Assembly (NCBI GenBank): GCA_043228905.1 | Contig: JBHGNT010000006.1 | Location: 2,542,001-2,606,000 of the forward strand | DNA from: Azolla caroliniana | Taxonomy: Eukaryota > Plantae > Polypodiophyta | DNA length: 64,000 nt | Reading direction: 5' to 3' | Part shown: positions 61,088 to 64,000 of the stretch, piece after piece | How the letters are laid out: the number at the start of each line of letters is the position of its first letter | How positions within the stretch are numbered: position 1 is the stretch's first letter | The notes under the pieces: generated by a model | Told to the model about the DNA's origin: nothing | Database searches by the model: none | What the model saw: only the letters and a program-made list of their open reading frames with translations | Translations under genes and position numbers: made by a program

Positions 61088-64000
61088 TGTCGTCAATGCG
61101 GAAGATCTAGAAGCATTCGATTCTTCTGAATACCTGCGTATGACTGTTTCTATGTCGTTGCACAGAGAGAGAGTGAGAGAGAGAGAGAGAGACACAAAAG
61201 AGTTCTTTATTCATAAACAAGAATACAACAAGCCCAACCTCACAAAGAGGTTACAAGGTCACTATATATAGGGACCGACTTAGGGCAACTGCCCTTTATG
61301 CTAATTACATAAATGGCCAGAACGGGATAGTGTGAATACGTCCATTATACACTTGTATTCGACACTCCCCCGTAATGGGCGTATACATGGGTTATCTAAG
61401 ATTACAGGTATAGACTTAGGTTCTCGGACATATCAGCTTTGTTCGAGTCGGCAGGGTCCGAAGGCAGAAGACCGAACTGGCCGGGTCGGAACAGTTGAAG
61501 CCGATCATTAAGGAACTGATGTCGGTTGTCGGGAACCATCCTGCTCTGTGTCCGGCTCTAACCGGACTGGTTTGTCGTTACGCCCATCTGATGCCGAAGA
61601 GACCGAAAGCGGTCTGCCGAAAGACACTTGGTCATTCCATCTGCGACATTGTTGGTTGTGGATATTTTCTCTAGACCGATTTTCCCTGAAATGACGCAGT
61701 CCCGAACGAAGTGATATCGAACGTCGATATGTTTGGAGGCGTTGTGGTGAACCGGATTTTTCGACAAGGCAACAGCACCTTGACTGTCGCTGTAGACAAC
61801 TGGAGCCGAGTCATGGTCGACTTGTCGAAACGTGTGCGCCAGCCGACCGAGCCACAAAGCTTCTTTTGCTGCGTCGGACGCAGCTACATATTCTGCTTCG
61901 GTCGTTGAGGTCGTTGTGCACTCCTGAAGTTTCGACTTCCACGAGATTGCTCCATTGCCGAATTTGAAGCAGTATCCGGTTGTTGATTTCCGACTGTCTA
62001 TACAGCCGGCGAAGTCCGAGTCAGTGTAACCGACTACGCCTGAGGTTCGGTTCGGACCGAAAAGAATGCCGTGGTCTTTTGTGTCAGCTAGATATCTAAA
62101 CACATGCTTGACTGCGTTCCAATGCGATCGGCCAGGGTTGTGCATAAATCTGCTAACGACTCCTACGGCATGAGAAATATCAGGCCGTGTCGCGACCATC
62201 AGGTACATAAGGGAGCCGACTGCCGGTGCATACGGTACCGACTTCATATATTCCCCCTCCGGACCGGATGTCGGGCAGTCTCGCTGAGAGAGCCGAAGAT
62301 TCATGGGGAGCGGGGTTGAAGCAGATTTGGCTGATTGCATGTTGAAGCGTTCCAAGACACGTCCGATATAGTCGGTCTGAGACAAAAAAAGATGTCGTTT
62401 ATCGCGATGCCGACTAATCTTCATGCCAAGTATGTGTCGTGCCGGACCGAGGTCCTTCATGGCAAACTTCAACCGCAGTTGCCGAATGAGATCGGCAAGT
62501 TCGCCCGCGTGGCGTCCAGAAAGTAGCATGTCGTCCACGTAGATGATGAGGAAGATGGGTGATCCATCTTGAGCTGTGTTGGTGAAAAGACAATGGTCCT
62601 CATCGCTTTTTGAGAAGCCGATCGATTGGATGAAGTCGTCGAACTTCTTGTACCATTGTCGCGGTGCCTGTTTGAGGCCGTATAGACTCTTCCTGAGTCG
62701 GCAGACTAGATGTTCTTGGCCAGTTGCCACGAAGCCTTTTGGCTGCTCCATATAAATTTCCTCGTCAAGATCACCATGGAGGAATGCTGTTTTGACATCT
62801 AGCTGAATCAGCTCCAAGTTGTCGGCTGCCACTACGCCGAGTAGGAAACGAAGGGTTGTCATTTTCACCACTGGTGAAAAAATCTCGTCGAAGTCGACGC
62901 CGTATTCTTGTCGGAAGCCCTTCGCAACTAGTCTGGCCTTGTACTTTGGGGTGGTCGAATCAGACGTCTCTTTTAGTCGATAGACCCATTTGCAAGGAAG
63001 AGCACGTCGGTTCCTAGGTAATTCGACCAGATCCCAAGTCTTGTTTGCCCGAATGGAGTGCATTTCCGACTCCATCGCCAGATGCCAGGTGGCTGAATCG
63101 ACAGATGTCGATGCTTCCTCGTAAGACGTCGGTTCGCCGGCGTCGGTGAAGAAAATTCCAGGAGAATACCTCTCCGGAGGTTGCGACAGTCTCTCGGATC
63201 GTCGGGGTATGACTGGACTGGTCGCATCGGGTATCGAGGTCGAATGGTCCGAAAGCGAATCATTCGGCTGTGCCGAGTCGGAGTTGTCCGAGTCGGGAGT
63301 GTAAGGTTCAGCTACCCGTGAAGCTGACCGTGTGTTAAGAGCAGGGCCTTCTTGAAGGGTCGGCACATCGGAAAATGTTACCCTTCGGACTTCAATCGGT
63401 TTTTCGACTGATGGATTCATAGCCGACTCGTTGAACACAACGTCCGAACTTCGAACGATTTGTCTGCGTTCGGGGTCCCAGAGTCGGTATCCCATTTCGC
63501 CGTCTGATCCATATCCAAGGAAAATGCATTTCCTGGACCGAGGTGCAAGTTTTCGGCGATCATCTTTCGGAATAAGGGCGTACGCCTCGCATCCGAAGAT
63601 CCTCAGCTTGTCGTAATTCGGCTTACTGCCGATCCATAGTTCCTGAGGAATTTGAAGTCCTAGAGGTCTACTTGGCGACATATTGATTATGTGTACTGCC
63701 GTGAGTAGAGCCTCTGCCCAGAAGCCATCCGACAGTCCGGAGTGTTGGAGCATGGAAACTATCCTTTCTTGGATTGTCCTATTCATTCGTTCTGCAATCC
63801 CGTTTTGCTCCGGACTGTGTGGTGCCGTAAATTCACGTCGGATGCCGCGTTGTCGGCAGAATTTGACGAATTCTTCGGATTTGAACTCTCCCCCATTGTC
63901 TGTCCGAAAGCATTTCAGTTTTCGGTCGGTTTGATTTTCTACCATAGCGAGCCAGTCTGAGAAGATCGAGAAGACCCGATCTTTGGTGCGAATCGGATAA
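61088..64000 (-). mobile_element. Young Ty1/Copia element C (3' LTR 61088-61364; pol continues past the right edge)
   Basis: LTR termini TGTCG/CGACA, with PPT GGGGGAG at 61365-61371 on the minus strand. Confidence 0.93.
61558..64000 (-). CDS. Copia-C pol (integrase, RT, RNase H), uninterrupted, 5'-partial
   Basis: At least 795 aa without a stop: RTDNGGEF, EQNGIAERMNRTI, YKARLVAKGF, QLDVKTAFLHG, IYVDDML, YTDSDFAG, SKHIDVRYHFVRD. Confidence 0.95.
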   Translation of the reverse strand, partial: YPIRTKDRVFSIFSDWLAMVENQTDRKLKCFRTDNGGEFKSEEFVKFCRQRGIRREFTAPHSPEQNGIAERMNRTIQERIVSMLQHSGLSDGFWAEALLTAVHIINMSPSRPLGLQIPQELWIGSKPNYDKLRIFGCEAYALIPKDDRRKLAPRSRKCIFLGYGSDGEMGYRLWDPERRQIVRSSDVVFNESAMNPSVEKPIEVRRVTFSDVPTLQEGPALNTRSASRVAEPYTPDSDNSDSAQPNDSLSDHSTSIPDATSPVIPRRSERLSQPPERYSPGIFFTDAGEPTSYEEASTSVDSATWHLAMESEMHSIRANKTWDLVELPRNRRALPCKWVYRLKETSDSTTPKYKARLVAKGFRQEYGVDFDEIFSPVVKMTTLRFLLGVVAADNLELIQLDVKTAFLHGDLDEEIYMEQPKGFVATGQEHLVCRLRKSLYGLKQAPRQWYKKFDDFIQSIGFSKSDEDHCLFTNTAQDGSPIFLIIYVDDMLLSGRHAGELADLIRQLRLKFAMKDLGPARHILGMKISRHRDKRHLFLSQTDYIGRVLERFNMQSAKSASTPLPMNLRLSQRDCPTSGPEGEYMKSVPYAPAVGSLMYLMVATRPDISHAVGVVSRFMHNPGRSHWNAVKHVFRYLADTKDHGILFGPNRTSGVVGYTDSDFAGCIDSRKSTTGYCFKFGNGAISWKSKLQECTTTSTTEAEYVAASDAAKEALWLGRLAHTFRQVDHDSAPVVYSDSQGAVALSKNPVHHNASKHIDVRYHFVRDCVISGKIGLEKISTTNNVADGMTKCLSADRFRSLRHQMGVTTNQSG

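Overview
Plant nuclear DNA, probably a fern (inferred from the PLS-PPR style, a Tcn1-like chromovirus and the Copia/LINE families). There are four host genes. Three are spliced: a PCC13-62-like desiccation-related ferritin-like protein with ABRE/RY motifs upstream (3667-5637 +), a four-exon RPL26/uL24 that the ORF track misses (11018-13683 +), and a convergent six-exon ACT-domain-repeat (ACR) gene (17879-15646 -). The fourth is a PLS-E-class PPR gene read as one long ORF (30988-28454 -). Gene fragments: a PPR piece at the left edge and a DMXL/Rav1 piece near 32.5 kb. The right half is mostly transposons. A TSD-bounded L1-type LINE (36277-54415) contains Copia-A, which itself contains a rearranged chromovirus and Copia-B. 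A young Copia-C sits inside an older, internally deleted Copia-D at the right edge. The most unusual signals are: (1) a heavily decayed Penelope-like element (RT, Cys linker, GIY-YIG) at ~7.7-9.85 kb with a possible hammerhead remnant; (2) a tRNA-like Pol III A/B-box module in both LTRs of the chromovirus; (3) a 54-bp array present 8 times in one Copia-B LTR and 4 times in the other. All calls were read by eye; no database searches were run.
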